The notes beneath the pieces were generated by a model. The model made no database searches and had not been told where the DNA came from. It saw only the letters and a program-made list of their open reading frames with translations. A stretch of 63,146 nucleotides of DNA, counting the filler, from Octopus bimaculoides (taxonomy: Eukaryota), in assembly GCF_001194135.2 (NCBI RefSeq). It is 6 parts of 5 records of this genome, joined end to end, with 100 filler letters (N's around TTAATTAATTAA, not from the genome) between each part and the next. Parts side by side here need not be neighbours in the genome. Positions count along the whole stretch, not along the records: positions 25,113 to 42,877 come from NC_068997.1; 5 more parts are not named here. One strand, 5' to 3'. The translations under genes and the position numbers were made by a program. The first letter of the stretch is position 1. Every line of letters starts with the position of its first letter. Shown piece after piece: positions 27,060 through 41,379 of this stretch.

Positions 27060-27290
27060 TAAACACAGAGTATAAAAGAGTTTTCTGAATTACAAAGTGA
27101 CCATACTCTGTGATATGTTGATTTATACAGACAGGGTAATTAAAGCAAATTACCCAGATATTATTGCCAAAGCCCATCAGGAAATAAAAAAAAAATGAAT
27201 AAAAATCGCTTCTAATTAATGTATCAATTCCAAGTGATGACAATATGTCGCTGAAAGAAATGAAGAAACTAATCCAAAAATGATTGAAAT
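27060..27290 (+). mobile_element. Old R4/Dong-like endonuclease remnant
   Basis: Nucleotide similarity to 51630-51820 (accatactctgtgatatg; cttctaattaatgtatcaatt; ctgaaagaaatg). Confidence 0.6.
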
Positions 27291-27549
27291 GTTGTTTCCT
27301 CGTTGGAGAAAGTCATTATTTCTCACTGGCAAAGTTTTCAAGTTTTGTCTGGTTAAAATCAAAACCAAAGTCTGGTGTACAAATTAGAATGGTTGTACGG
27401 TTAGAAAGTTGGCTTTGGAATTAAGTGGTCCTGGGATCGGTCCCACTGTATGGTACATTGGGCAAGCGTCTTCTACAATGGCCTCGAGCTAATCAATACA
27501 TTATCAGTGGAATTGGCACATGGAAACTGACATGTCTGTTGTGTATATA

Positions 27550-27611
27550 TCATCGTCATCATCATCATCGTCGTCGTCGTCATCATCATCATCATCACCA
27601 TCATCATCATC

Positions 27612-27661
<50 letters not shown>

Positions 27662-27762
27662 CCACCATCACCATCACCATCATCATCATCATCACTCACC
27701 ATCATCAATCACCATCATCACCATCACCATCATCATCATCATCACTCACCATCATCAATCAC

Positions 27763-27795
<33 letters not shown>

Positions 27796-27840
27796 TATCA
27801 ACATCATCATGGATGGATGGAGGGGGGGATGGAGGGACAA

Positions 27841-27885
<45 letters not shown>

Positions 27886-27960
27886 GGGAGAGAGAGAGAA
27901 AGAGAGAAAGAGAGACAGAGACAGACAGACAGATAGACAGACAAACAGAAAGTCAGTCAG
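27550..27960. repeat. Compound (CAT)n/(GATA)n/(GA)n/(GACA)n microsatellite
   Basis: Direct reading of the sequence. Confidence 0.92.
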
Positions 27961-28759
27961 ACAGATAGCTGATTGGTCCACCTTACAAATCCATACTCAA
28001 TGATATTGTTTATTCTCTTGAAATATATAAATCCATGATATTGAATCTATTCTTCAGAATTCCAAATCTCTGATATTTTCTTCTTGTCCAAATGTTCTAT
28101 AGAGAAAGAAAAGACTTGGAACTGCAGAAATTGAAGCATTATATATCAATTAATTGCGATAAATTATATCAGTCTAGAGAAGAACAGCAGTTGAGTGTGT
28201 GTGTAGGGGGGATGGGGGATCTAAGGACTACAGGCCATTGACCATATTCGTTCCCTTAGAATATATAAGAAAATAAAACTATCAGACAGAGCAAAAGTAA
28301 ATAAGAACGTAAAAAAAAAAAAAAAGGCAGCAGAGGCATTAACACTTCAAAGAGATTGGAAGATCATAAATACTTACCAAATATTTGTTCTTGGACGTAA
28401 TGTAAAATAAACCATTTTTTTATAGAGACTATTAATGTGATGGAACAGCAGAAACAACAAGAACAACATGGAAAATAACAGCAACAGAAATGGCGAAAAC
28501 AACAGTGAATAAAAAAAATTTGGTTGGAAAATATTTGGATGGCAAAGAAACAAATGCTTCTTTAGTCTAAGTTGGTATATTTAATCAAAATGATATTTCC
28601 TCTTGTTATCGATAACATTATTCCATCTGCCTTACAAGTTGTCAATTCTTTGGGCGTAAAATTCTTCAAATTTCAAAACAATGGAATACTCAATATCAAT
28701 TTTAACCTTTTCTCAACTTATAATGTTGTGATGATATGGGTGTGGAGCAATGCCCGATG

Positions 28760-29103
28760 AACCCTTTCGATACCAACCCAGCTGAAACCGGCTCTGGCTC
28801 TGAGGACAAATGTTTTGTTTTCGTAAATTTTGAATTAAAATCTTACACTAAACCTTAGTCACAATTTATGTTCTTAACATTTTATTTTATGTTCCTTCCA
28901 CCATTTATAAAGTGTTCCTAACACTTTATTTTATGTTCCTTCGACAATTTATGTTTCTTCCACCAAACCTTAGTCACAATTTATGTTCCTAACACTAGCT
29001 GAACGGTAACTAAGTTATTTTACTAAATTCTTTGTTATATTCAAAGTAATTGAAAGAAACAGAGAGCATCTCAACAGAAATACCAAAATAACCAAAGGGC
29101 TAA
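28760..29103. mobile_element. Possible piggyBac-type MITE with internal short tandem repeats
   Basis: Ends aaccctttcg and caaagggctaa resemble degenerate TTAA-CCCT termini; repeated acaatttatgttc units inside. Confidence 0.45.
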
Positions 29104-29705
29104 CCCATTAAGCAAAATAAGCATGTGCTTAGGGCATCAAAGGAAGGATGGGGCACCACAGAAATAGTAAATGGTTTACGGCACAAAAGAAATCACTTTA
29201 AATTTGCTAAAATAATATCCGTAATGCTTTATCTCTACTAAGTATACTCTTTTACGCTTTTACTCTCTTTTACTTGTTTCAGTCATTTGACTGTGGCCAT
29301 GCTGGAGCACCACCTTTAGTCAAGCAAATCGACACCAATACTTATTCTTTGTAAGCCTAGTACTTATTCTATCGGTCTCTTTTGCCGAACCGCTAAGTCA
29401 CCCAGAGAGCATCCAGCTGTAAAAACCCATGCCAATACAGAGAGTGAATCCATGTGCAGTTTTCTGGTTTTCCAGCTCCTGTAAAAACATCTAACCCATG
29501 CCAGCGTGGAAAACAGACGTTAAATGATGATGATGATGATGATAAGGATAATGCAGTCACCCACACACGTAATAAAAACAAGACATACTCCCATTGAGTA
29601 CACTCAACGACCATGGCAGAGTTTCAATTTGCTTACCACATCGAAAATGTTCTTGGACAAAATTCAATTTAGGAATTAGCAAAACTAGTGATTTTGTTGT
29701 TATTG

Positions 29706-29749
<44 letters not shown>

Positions 29750-30072
29750 NNNNNNNNNNNNNNNNNNNNNNNNNNNNNNNNNNNNNNNNNNNNNNNNNNN
29801 NNNNNNNNNNNNNNNNNNNNNNNNNNNNNNNNNNNNNNNNNNNNNNNNNTATATACATACATACATATATATATATATACACATACAGTTGTCAATTGTG
29901 GAACATGACTGTTACTACTACTACTACATAAACCAGATGATTGTGAAACACATGAAAGTACTAGTTTTATCACAATAAATATATAATATTCTATTATCAC
30001 ATTATTGTCAAATAGTAAAAATTGTGAATAATAAAATGGAAAAATCAGACAAAGCTAGAATTTCATTGATTA

Positions 30073-30105
<33 letters not shown>

Positions 30106-30280
30106 TGCAATTATTTGGTAAGCCGTGCCAAATTTTACAACCAGTAAATAATAATAGTAATACTTTATAAGCTTAAAGCTTATAAATGATCACCGTGCAT
30201 TGACTAAGGTAAATAGTCAAATATTAAGGCATATAAAATCTCGACAGGAAAATGTAAGGTTTGCCATATGCATATATATA

Positions 30281-30335
30281 CAGGGTGCAATGAATAAATT
30301 GTTACCATTTTTATTTTTAATTTCATGCATGCACA

Positions 30336-30371
<36 letters not shown>

Positions 30372-31169
30372 TTTGTCAACTACACAGTATAGTAGGGTCA
30401 GTTTGGTATCATCTGTGAGAAAAACAGCACTATGATGCAATTCACTCTACCAGAAAGTTGGAAATGACATGCTGTACTGCTTGACATTCACACCAAAAGC
30501 TCCAATATGAGCGTTACAGAGTGATTGGGTGTCAATCTGAAGACATTGCAATCTGAGGACATGTACCGAGAGTGATAAAAATCAAACATCCAGTCAACAT
30601 CCTGGTGTTTGGAGCGATCACTAGTGACGACGACATTATTCCTCCATTCATCATCTATCATCACTTCACACTCAACCCGGAGGCCTACATCAAGTGCCTG
30701 GAAGAGGTAGTGCTATCCTCGGACAAGGGGGTGGCTGCAGGAAGATCCTTATGACTGGCAACAGGACTCTGCACCAGGCCACACAAGCAGGAAAACCCAG
30801 TTATGGTTGTCAGATAATTTCTGCGACAACATCACCCATAACATCTGGCTACCTAACTTCCCAGACTGCAACCCCTTTGATTATTATGTGTGGGGCGCAG
30901 GTGAGCGAGAGACCAACAAAACTCTTTGTAACACCAAAGATGAACTGAAGGCAAGAATTATGGCAGCATTCACCAACTTAAACAAGGAGACCGTCCAGAA
31001 GAGTTGCAGGAGATTCCGAAGTTGTCTGGAGACCATAGATGAAGCCAATGGCAATTTCATTGAATAAATTTTACTCTTTAGTATTTCAAGATATCTTTAT
31101 GTAATTTTGGTAAATATATCTGTTAAAATTTTTGCATAATTTAGATGACAGTTTGTTCACCGCACCCTG
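30281..31169 (+). mobile_element. Tc1/mariner-superfamily element, internally deleted
   Basis: TIRs cagggtgcaatgaataaattgt and the inverse of acagtttgttcaccgcaccctg, TA flanks. VFGAI, QDSAP and PDCNPFDYYVWG transposase fragments. Confidence 0.9.
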
Positions 31170-31579
31170 TATGTACATTCATGTGTGGGTGGGGGGAGAC
31201 AGATGTCATTTTGTCTATGTTTGTCCCCCCCCCCACCACTACAGCTTGACAGTCAGCATCTGTGTGTTTATATCCACGTAACATAGCAGTTCAGCAAAAG
31301 AGACTGATAGAATAAGTACGAGGCTTTACAAAAAAATATAACTACAGGGGTTGAGACAGTTGACTAAAATTCTTGAAGGCGGTGCCCCAGCATGGCCGCG
31401 GTCTGATGACTGGAACAAGTAAAAGATCACCACTATCAACAATCGCAACATACCATTACAACCACGACCACCACCACCAATAATACCATCAACAGTACAA
31501 CACTACCAGCATCTGCAATATAACTACTATTGCTGTTATCATCGATATCAAGACGTCAGCTTTATCATCATCATCATCC

Positions 31580-31624
<45 letters not shown>

Positions 31625-32556
31625 CCACCATAAGCAGCATCAACAATAGCAACACACACTACTGCTACCATCACCACAACACCGCCACCACCACCACCAC
31701 CACAGCAACACTAGTGATATTATCATCACCAATGTCATCATCATTATCATTATCATCGACAACACTAATGACATCAANNNNNNNNNNNNNNNNNNNNNNN
31801 NNNNNNNNNNNNNNNNNNNNNNNNNNNNNNNNNNNNNNNNNNNNNNNNNNNNNNNNNNNNNNNNNNNNNNNNNNNNNNNNNNNNNNNNNNNNNNNNNNNN
31901 NNNNNNNNNNNNNNNNNNNNNNNNNNNNNNNNNNNNNNNNNNNNNNNNNNNNNNNNNNNNNNNNNNNNNNNNNNNNNNNNNNNNNNNNNNNNNNNNNNNN
32001 NNNNNNNNNNNNNNNNNNNNNNNNNNNNNNNNNNNNNNNNNNNNNNNNNNNNNNNNNNNNNNNNNNNNNNNNNNNNNNNNNNNNNNNNNNNNNNNNNNNN
32101 NNNNNNNNNNNNNNNNNNNNNNNNNNNNNNNNNNNNNNNNNNNNNNNNNNNNNNNNNNNNNNNNNNNNNNNNNNNNNNNNNNNNNNNNNNNNNNNNNNNN
32201 NNNNNNNNNNNNNNNNNNNNNNNNNNNNNNNNNNNNNNNNNNNNNNNNNNNNNNNNNNNNNNNNNNNNNNNNNNNNNNNNNNNNNNNNNNNNNNNNNNNN
32301 NNNNNNNNNNNNNNNNNNNNNNNNNNNNNNNNNNNNNNNNNNNNNNNNNNNNNNNNNNNNNNNNNNNNNNNNNNNNNNNNNNNNNNNNNNNNNNNNNNNN
32401 NNNNNNNNNNNNNNNNNNNNNNNGTGGGGTGGAAGTCCAGATAACTGTCTTTCACCACCGCCTCTCCCCCCCCACCTTCTTACCCTACCCACTTCCTACA
32501 TGTATATATAGGCATGTGTGCATGTATGTGTATTCACGTAAATGCGAGTGTGTGCA

Positions 32557-32588
<32 letters not shown>

Positions 32589-34203
32589 ACAGTATGTATG
32601 TGTTTGGCTTAATCAGTAATCTCATTCTGCTGATTAGATTGAATAAATGAATGAATGAATGAATAGATAGAAAAATAGTTTGTATATGTACATATGAATG
32701 TATGTATGTGTATATATATATATATACACACACACATATATATATATACATATATATATATATTTATATATACATACATATGCATATATATATACACACA
32801 TTATTTTTATGTTTCACATATATATTACAAAATAATAATTATGTATGTATATAATTTACATTATAAATGTCATATACATATATATATATATATATGTATA
32901 TGTATATATATATATATGTATATATACACATATATTCACGTGTTTATGCATCTCTGTGTTCATGGGAGCTTGTGTGCGTGTGTGTATCTGCAAACACAAA
33001 CGCACACATATTACAAGTAGAAATATATATAGACACACACAGATAGATAATTATATATCTGTATATCTGCATATAACTATAAATGTCTGTGTGTATGTAT
33101 ATATCTTTATATGTTTTATATATATGTATATATAATATGTATATATAGCATATATATGTTATACACACACATGTCCATTCAATGATATATCTACAAATAC
33201 ATTTATGTCTGTATGTCTGCAGAGTGTATATATGCATGATGAATGGAAGTGTGTGTGAGAGTGTGTGTGTGTGTGTGTGTGCATGTGTGTGTGTGTGTGT
33301 GTGTGTGCGAGCGCCCGCATGTCCCTCCAGATTAATTTAACTGATTCAATCATTTACACTAATCAATCTATCAACCAATCAATAGATTGATTAAAATGAA
33401 ATGAAAGAAATATACACAAACAGAAAAAGCAAACCTTTCAAACCATTACCGCCGCCACCGCTGATGCCGCTGTCGCCTACACCACCACAACCACCGATAA
33501 TACATTTTCTACCAACCATCATCATCATCATCATCATCAACAACATCACTCCACATAGTAATCAACCGTTATCATTACCATCAGCACCACTACCACCACC
33601 ACCATTGCAATCAAAACCCCAGCCATGACCAACACCACAGCAAAACGCCAATACCATTTCTGTCGCTACTACCATTATCTTCTCCACTCCCTCACCTCAC
33701 CAAACAACACCACCAACAGCATCGTCAACATCACCACAACTATCACAGCACCACTGCCTCACTGCTACTACTACTACTACTGCCATGGCCATCACCATGG
33801 AAACTTGTACGCTTAAGTCAACAATAACACTAAAACCAACATCACCATCATCATCATCGTTATCATCATCATCATTATCCTCCTCCTCATCATCATCATC
33901 ACCTTTATCATCAACATGCTAACGACCAGCAACAGCACTGCAATGACAGCACCGTCGCATTGACGCCACCACTACCACCACCACCACCACCAACAACAAC
34001 AGTGTCAACAGAATGCGCTCCCACCAGTGGCCACTGTAATCATGATGTCAAACAGGAGTGAAGCTAGGATGACTGTGGAATGCTGACCAGAGCCATGGAA
34101 CACAAACAACAACAATGAAACGAGGAAACCGATTGACAACAACAACAACAACAATGAAGTGAGAAAACTGATCTACAACAACAATAACAATAACAGTAAT
34201 GTG

Positions 34204-34235
<32 letters not shown>

Positions 34236-34559
34236 CAACAACAATGACAGCATCACGACCATCACTAGCACCATTCTACAACAACACAAATAAATACGGT
34301 GCTACCAAACATCATCGTCATCGTTATTGATAACGAGAACTTTAAATTAAAACCATGATTTAGCAATAACTGGAAGACTGTGAAGATTCCATTAATACCT
34401 TTGGCTACAATCACACACACACACAAACACACACGAACATACACACACAAATACACACAAACACGCATGTATCTGTAGTGCATGGGATGGCACCTAGAAA
34501 GGTACAAATAAATCCAAGCAAATTTGTTTATGGTTGACCACTAGTTGCCTATGTATACT

Positions 34560-34772
34560 GGCGCCCCCTTTCCGTGCCACTGATGTTACCCAAAGGAAAA
34601 GGCAAAGTTGGCACCTGTGACATCGCAACTCATTTTTTCAGCTGAGTGAACTGGAGCAACATGAAAATAAAGTGCCTTGCTCAAGAACACAACACACAGC
34701 CCGGCCTGAGAATCAAACTCACTACCACATGATTGTGAGCCCAGTACTCTAACCACTGAGCCATGTGCCTTT
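34560..34772 (-). mobile_element. CORE-type SINE, family E
   Basis: aagtgccttgctcaagaacacaac segment and a tRNA-like head. Similar copies at ~21500-21705 and 59790-60020. Confidence 0.65.
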
Positions 34773-34846
34773 ACTGATGATGTGTGTGTGTGTGTGTGCA
34801 CGTACATGTATATATACATACTTGTATTTGTGTATGTATGATGTAT

Positions 34847-35120
34847 ACAGTTCTATATTTCAGAGATGAGGAATTATGTACATTATTTACATTATTTACA
34901 TTCGATGGATATTTGTCCTCATCTTGTTTGTTGTTAACACAACATTTCGGCTGATAAACCCTCCAGCCTTCATCAGGTGTCTTAGGGAAATTTCGAACCT
35001 GGGTTCTCATTCCTAAGGTATTTTTCGATGAAGGCTGGAGGGTATATCAGCCGAAACATTGTGTTAACAACAAACAAGATGAGGACAAATATCCATCAAA
35101 TGTAAATAATGTAAATAATG
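34847..35120 (-). mobile_element. Family H2 Penelope-type pLTR with inverted partial copy and 12-bp target-site duplication
   Basis: 94-bp inverted arms at 34881-34974 and 35027-35120 with 4 mismatches. tgtatgatgtat flanks the element at 34835-34846 and 35121-35132. Confidence 0.8.
34936..34981 (-). ncRNA. Type-I hammerhead ribozyme motif, second family, Penelope pLTR type
   Basis: GACAC-CUGAUGA-A-GGCUG(GAGGGUUUAU)CAGCC-GAA-AUGU-U-GUGUU. One extra A follows A9. Stem III is probably a CpG-decayed ACGU palindrome. Confidence 0.75.
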
Positions 35121-35507
35121 TGTATGATGTATGTTTAACAGATTTACCCAGTCCCACATGACTTAAAGTTTCATAGGGGAAGGGCGATCTCACATTCTCA
35201 TCCAGATGTATGCAGCTGGAGTGAAGACAGATAAGTAATAGCAGACTCAAGGAATGTATTCACATTGCAAGCTGTGTATACAATTATATGATGTAATCAA
35301 GTCTTGTGTTCACAGTTGTTTTGGATAATCGATGACTGTTGCTATAATCATGAAAATTATATAATGAAATCCAATAACATTGTACATCCATGGACTAGTG
35401 CAGATTCTGAGAGACCTGTAGGGGGGAAAATCATGATATGTTCATCAGAAACACTAGCAATTAGCAATTGATTATCTACACCATGTTTACTTTACAATTC
35501 TATAGCC

Positions 35508-35549
<42 letters not shown>

Positions 35550-35708
35550 CCCACACTACCAGACCCTTTTAAATGCATTTGCCAACGTTGAAACAACTGC
35601 CCCTACATTGACAACACTACAAACATTAGTTGACCTAATTCACAATATCATATTTCTCAGAATTTCTGATGCCCTTTATATAATGCACCATGTGCAAAAT
35701 TTAAAGTA

Positions 35709-36446
35709 TGAGGTGATATCAAAATGTGTCCTGGACTTAGCTATGCTTGATAAAAAAATAACTTATTTACCTATATTATTTGCCATCATGTCCTTTGAAA
35801 TAATCTCCTTGCAAAGCAATACACCAGTCCCAGCATTCCTGCCGCTCTTGGGATCTGGCCTGGAAGTTGTTTTCCCTTGAGTCAAGGATGTTCTGAGATT
35901 CATTCTGGATCTTAACAACGGTGTTAAAACAGCAGCCTTAGAGCTGCATTTTTATCTTGGAGAACAGATGAAAGTTTGCAGGTACTAAATCTGAAGAATA
36001 GGGTGGGTGTGGAAGCGACGCCATGTTGTCTTTGGCAAGAGTCACTCGAGTGAGGAGAGTTTTGTGATAAGGTGCATCACCAGCATGAAGAATCCACAGA
36101 TCCTGTCTCCTTTTGCCAAATGTCCTTCAAATATTTCAAAACATCACAGGAGAACTCTTGTTTGACAGTCTGGCCCTGGAGAACGTATTCTTGCTACACA
36201 ATACCACATTTCCAGAGGTGACTCTCATAGTAGGACTTCCAGTTCATTCATCATCTTCCAGAGATGTTCTTCCACTTTTGAAGCACCCACACTACTTGAA
36301 ACTGTGTATAAGTGCATACCATTGCCTCATGGTTGTAAGCTCGCCAAAGCATACTCAATACCTCTGTAGCAGACTTATCAAGTTTAACACAAAATTTCAC
36401 ATTGGATCTTTCTTTCTGTCCATGACAAAATTGCAGACTACAGCTC
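35709..36446 (-). mobile_element. Mariner-type remnant related to 8247-9052
   Basis: One TIR after TA at 35707. Reverse-strand similarity to both ends of the 8.2-9.0 kb copy. RSNVKFCVKLDKSATE N-terminal motif. Confidence 0.75.
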
Positions 36447-37040
36447 AAAATAAATATTTTCATATCTACTCCTACATTTCTCATTAGCTTATTAAACCCT
36501 TTTCCTTATCCTTATACTCACCCCACACTCATGTTTCCCAATCATCTCACTCTTGAATTCACCTGCTTCCCCATCTCATTTTATTCCTATTTCCTCCAAC
36601 CACTTCCTGTTCATGCTTCAAGCTCCTGTGGCCCTGCATTCTGCATGTTTTATCAGTTGCAGCTAGTGTTTCTAACTGAGAGGCTTAAAGAAATCTGCTG
36701 TCTCACGTAAGTTTCTCACCTAAGAACCGCACGACCAGCATCCAGTACACACTGTATAGTGGTAGGTGTTAGGAAGGACATCCAGTTGTATAAACCAAGC
36801 CAAGCCAGACTATGGAGTTATGTGCAGCCCCCGGCCCTACCAGTTCCTGTCAAGCCATCTTACCTATACCAGCAAGAAAAAATGGACGTAAAATGATGAA
36901 AAAGATGATGATGATGATTAATTTTCTCTGAAGGACTCTGTCTGAAACGTTGGATCTTCCACTCTTCACAGTTATGTTCACTGTACTTCTTTTATTGACT
37001 ACACAACACACACACACACACACGCANNNNNNNNNNCACG

Positions 37041-37080
<40 letters not shown>

Positions 37081-37289
37081 CACTTTTCTAAATATTTAGC
37101 AGAAGCAACAAAGTGACTCATGGGCTGAGAGTTTCGTGAATTAGCACTTATCAAACTAGCTACAGATTGAGAGGTTGTGAATTTATATACTGATGACAAA
37201 CGTATGTAGCTATATGTATATATATATAATGTACGCATGCAGTTATGTGTGTGTGTGTATGTGTGCGTGTGTGTGTATACATGCATCTA

Positions 37290-37344
<55 letters not shown>

Positions 37345-37693
37345 ATCTATCTATCAATCTATCTATCTATTTATGCTGATACACAATATATAGAGGTATT
37401 GATAGATAGATGGATAGATAGATAGATAAAAAGATACATAGGTAGATAGATACATACATACATGCATACATACATACATACATACATGCATACATATATA
37501 CATATATATATACATTCACACAGGCAACAACATACACACATATATATATATATCGGTATATACTGACATATATTTAGCAANNNNNNNNNNATGATATATA
37601 TAAATATAAATACAAGCATGTATCTATATTAATGTGTTTGAGTGTGCATGCATGTATACACAAAAGATATATACACATACATATATATTTGTA

Positions 37694-37732
<39 letters not shown>

Positions 37733-38640
37733 GCACGTGCATGTGTGTGTGTAAGTATATGTATGTATATATATATATATTAGGAATGCCGGAATTATTT
37801 CTATAATTTACATAAATAACATTCAACTCATTTCTTTCTTTTTTTCTTTTTTTTCTTTCAAAATTCTAAATAAACAACATATTATTTTTGAAATATATTA
37901 AAAATAAAATAATATAAAGAAAAAAAAATGTTAAAAACAAAAGAAGCACACAAACAAAAATGTTGAATGCGAATATACAAAGAATTTATATGAGGAAGAA
38001 AAACCTTGTAGGTATTTTATGTTGTGATTGATGAAAAAAATGGTTATCATTAATATATATATATACACATATATATACACATATATACGTATACATATAT
38101 ATGTATCTATGTTTAATATATAAGTATGTATGTATATGTATGTACATATGTATCACATACATATATGTGTGTATGCAAAGATACATTATGTATTTTCATA
38201 TATATATATATGTATATATGTATATATGTATATATATATATATATGTATATATGTATATATATATATATATATATATNNNNNNNNNNNNNNNNNNNNNNN
38301 NNNNNNNNNNNNNNNNNNNNNNNNNNNNNNNNNNNNNNNNNNNNNNNNNNNNNNNNNNNNNNNNNNNNNNNNNNNNNNNNNNNNNNNNNNNNNNNNNNNN
38401 NNNNNNNNNNNNNNNNNNNNNNNNNNNNNNNNNNNNNNNNNNNNNNNNNNNNNNNNNNNNNNNNNNNNNNNNNNNNNNNNNNNNNNNNNNNNNNNNNNNN
38501 NNNNNNNNNNNNNNNNNNNNNNNNNNNNNNNNNNNNNNNNNNNNNNNNNNNNNNNNNNNNNNNNNNNNNNNNNNNNNNNNNNNNNNNNNNNNNNNNNNNN
38601 NNNNNNNNNNNNNNNNNNNNNNNNNNNNNNNNNNNNNNNN

Positions 38641-38705
<65 letters not shown>

Positions 38706-39988
38706 GTGATTGACTGTCTCTGTTTGTATCATATATTAAATGAGAAACTTATAAAACATGCATTCTTCAAAAAACAATTTTTTTAAAGTTAGATAGCAAA
38801 AAGAAAAATTAAACACACACACACAAGCACACAATGCATACACACATACATACACACACACACACACACACATATGTATCCACATACATGCACGTTTGCA
38901 CACACACATACACACACACACACACACATATATATATACACTTACATATATGTAGAAGAGATATACATGTATATATATATATATTTATATATACATGAAA
39001 ATATGCATATATTTATGTATATAGATATATAAAAATGAACTCACACGAAAGAATATGTATACATAATTATACACATGCACACACATACATTCATACGCAT
39101 ACACACACACTTATATATTCGTGTATATTTACATATACATATACCGTGTGCTCATTTTGTTTTACGTAACAAAAATTTATTTAACATATATATACATACG
39201 CATATTAAGTAATATACTGTCACATGACCAGAATTTATGAAAACCGAATAAAAAAACTTTTAAAAAATATTATTCAATTTTCAAATATTTCACACTTTAT
39301 ATTCCTTTTGTGAAGGGAATTTGTCAAAAATATATGAATATTAAGGTTAATATGTTATACATAACTTACTTTGTAACTCATCCCTTATGAATGAATCAAT
39401 ATTTGATTTTATATACACTTATATATATAAATGTATATACACATATATACATACATACATATATGGTTGCATGTTTGTATATGTGTGCACACATATATAT
39501 ATATATATAATGGGTATGCATGTATATGTGTGTGTTTGTATGTATGTATGATTCAATGCATATAGGCATGCATGCATGTAAATTAACAAATTTCTCTTTT
39601 ATTATGTTTTAACGATATACTGTAGATTCTGGTAACATTAAAGTCAAGTGTACAGCATATGTTTCTATCAAAGTTGTATAAATCATATGAAATGATGTAA
39701 AAATCAAGGACTAAACAAATAATAATAATAATATTTCAATGTTGATTTAACTGGCTTCTGACTTGTTATGCCGTTGCTTCATTGCTTTGCAATTTAGGAA
39801 AATGAAAAGAAAAAAAAAACATACATCTTGTATTGAACGACAAAAAAATAATTGCAAAAAATTTTTTTAAAAATTAAGAGAAAACCATATCATAAAAGCA
39901 TATAAAAAAAAAGCAAAGAATATTGAAATAAGCAAAATGAACTTTGGTATAAATTACATACATATATATGTGTGTATGTATGAATATA

Positions 39989-40031
<43 letters not shown>

Positions 40032-40486
40032 CTATGTATCTATGTATCTATGTATGTATGTATAGGTACAGGTGTGGCTGTGTGGTAAAAAACTTGCTCC
40101 CCAACCACATGGTTCCAGGTTCAGTCCCACTATGTAGCACCTAGACCAAGAGCCTTCTGCTATAGCCACAAGCTGGCCAAAGCCTTGTGAGTGAATTTGG
40201 TAGACGGAAACTGAAAGAAGCCTGTCATATATTCACTTGTGTGTTTGTGCATGTGTGTGTGTGTGTGTGTCTGTGTGTGTGTGTGTCTGTGTGTGTGTGT
40301 ATGTGTGTGTGTGCGTGTGTGTGTCTTTGTGTCTGTGTTTGTCCCCAACCAACACCAAAATACTAGATTAACAAAGAATTCCATTACAACTTCGAGTTTC
40401 ACTGTTTTATTGGATCCTCACGAAATAAATGAAAGGAGAATAAAATACAGGGTCTCCATAATGTCCCTTTACACTTTCAAAAATTT

Positions 40487-40877
40487 GTTGTTGTTGTTGG
40501 CACTCCGTCAGTTATGACGACGAGGGTTCCAGTTGATCGGATCAACGGAACAGCCTGCTCGTAAAATTAACGTGCAAGTGGCTGAGCACTCCACAGACAC
40601 GTGTACCCTTAACATAGTTCTCGGGGACATTCAGTGTGACACAGTGTGACAAGGCTGACCCTTTGGATTACAGGCACAACAGAAACAGGAAGTAAGAGTG
40701 AGATAAAGTTGTGGTGAAAGAGTACAGCAGGGTTCGCCACCATCCCCTGCTGGAGCCTCGTGGAGCTTTTAGGTGTTTTCACTCAATAAACACTCACAAC
40801 GCCCAGTCTGGGAATCGAAGCCGCGATCCTATGACCGTGAGTCCGCTGCGCTAACCACTGGGCCATTGCGCCTCCAC
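40487..40877 (-). mobile_element. Full-length tRNA-derived SINE with (CAA)n tail and 12-bp TSD, family D
   Basis: Head gtggaggcgcaatggcccagtggttag...ttcgattccc. tttcaaaaattt at 40475-40486 and 40878-40889. Confidence 0.82.
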
Positions 40878-40969
40878 TTTCAAAAATTTATTACAAAAAC
40901 AAATAAGTACATAAACCTGTGGAAATGATTACAAAATGAGGAGCAGATATTGAAGGGTTTTTTTTTACT

Positions 40970-41300
40970 TCATTGGACACATCTCTATATGAGCACCAGT
41001 AGTGGCATGAAGCACGTCAAGACGGTAATTAAATTCTTGCTATGTTCATTGTAGCATAGCCTAATCAATGGTTGCAGTGACATCAGTGATCTTTCGCTTC
41101 AGATCATTGATGTCCCATATCTTTGTTTGATGGATGATGTTTTTAAAGTAACCCCATAGCAAAACGGTCCAGGGGAGTAATATTCAGGGAAGAAGGTGGC
41201 CTGGGAATTGGGCTACCCCTTCCAATCCACCAGTCTGGAAATGTTTGATAAAAACCCTTTCAGACAACCACCCCTCCCCGGACAAAACCGCTGTGGCTTC
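40970..41300 (-). mobile_element. Tc1/mariner-like transposase C-terminal remnant
   Basis: Degenerate PxSLNITPLD.LWGYFK...NDLKRKITD...RLDVLHATTGAHIE on the minus strand. Confidence 0.7.
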
Positions 41301-41379
41301 TTACCTGGATTCATCTATCTGTCTAGCTAGCTATCATTAACACTCGTCTCATTACTTCACTAATACTTCATCTCTGACA

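Noticed and set aside
27986-28096. Minus-strand acceptor/donor pair upstream of the DLG5 exons
   Set aside because: All three frames contain stops.
40800-40877. tRNA-like sequences at SINE heads
   Set aside because: They have A/B-box similarity only, no complete cloverleaf, and are continuous with SINE bodies.
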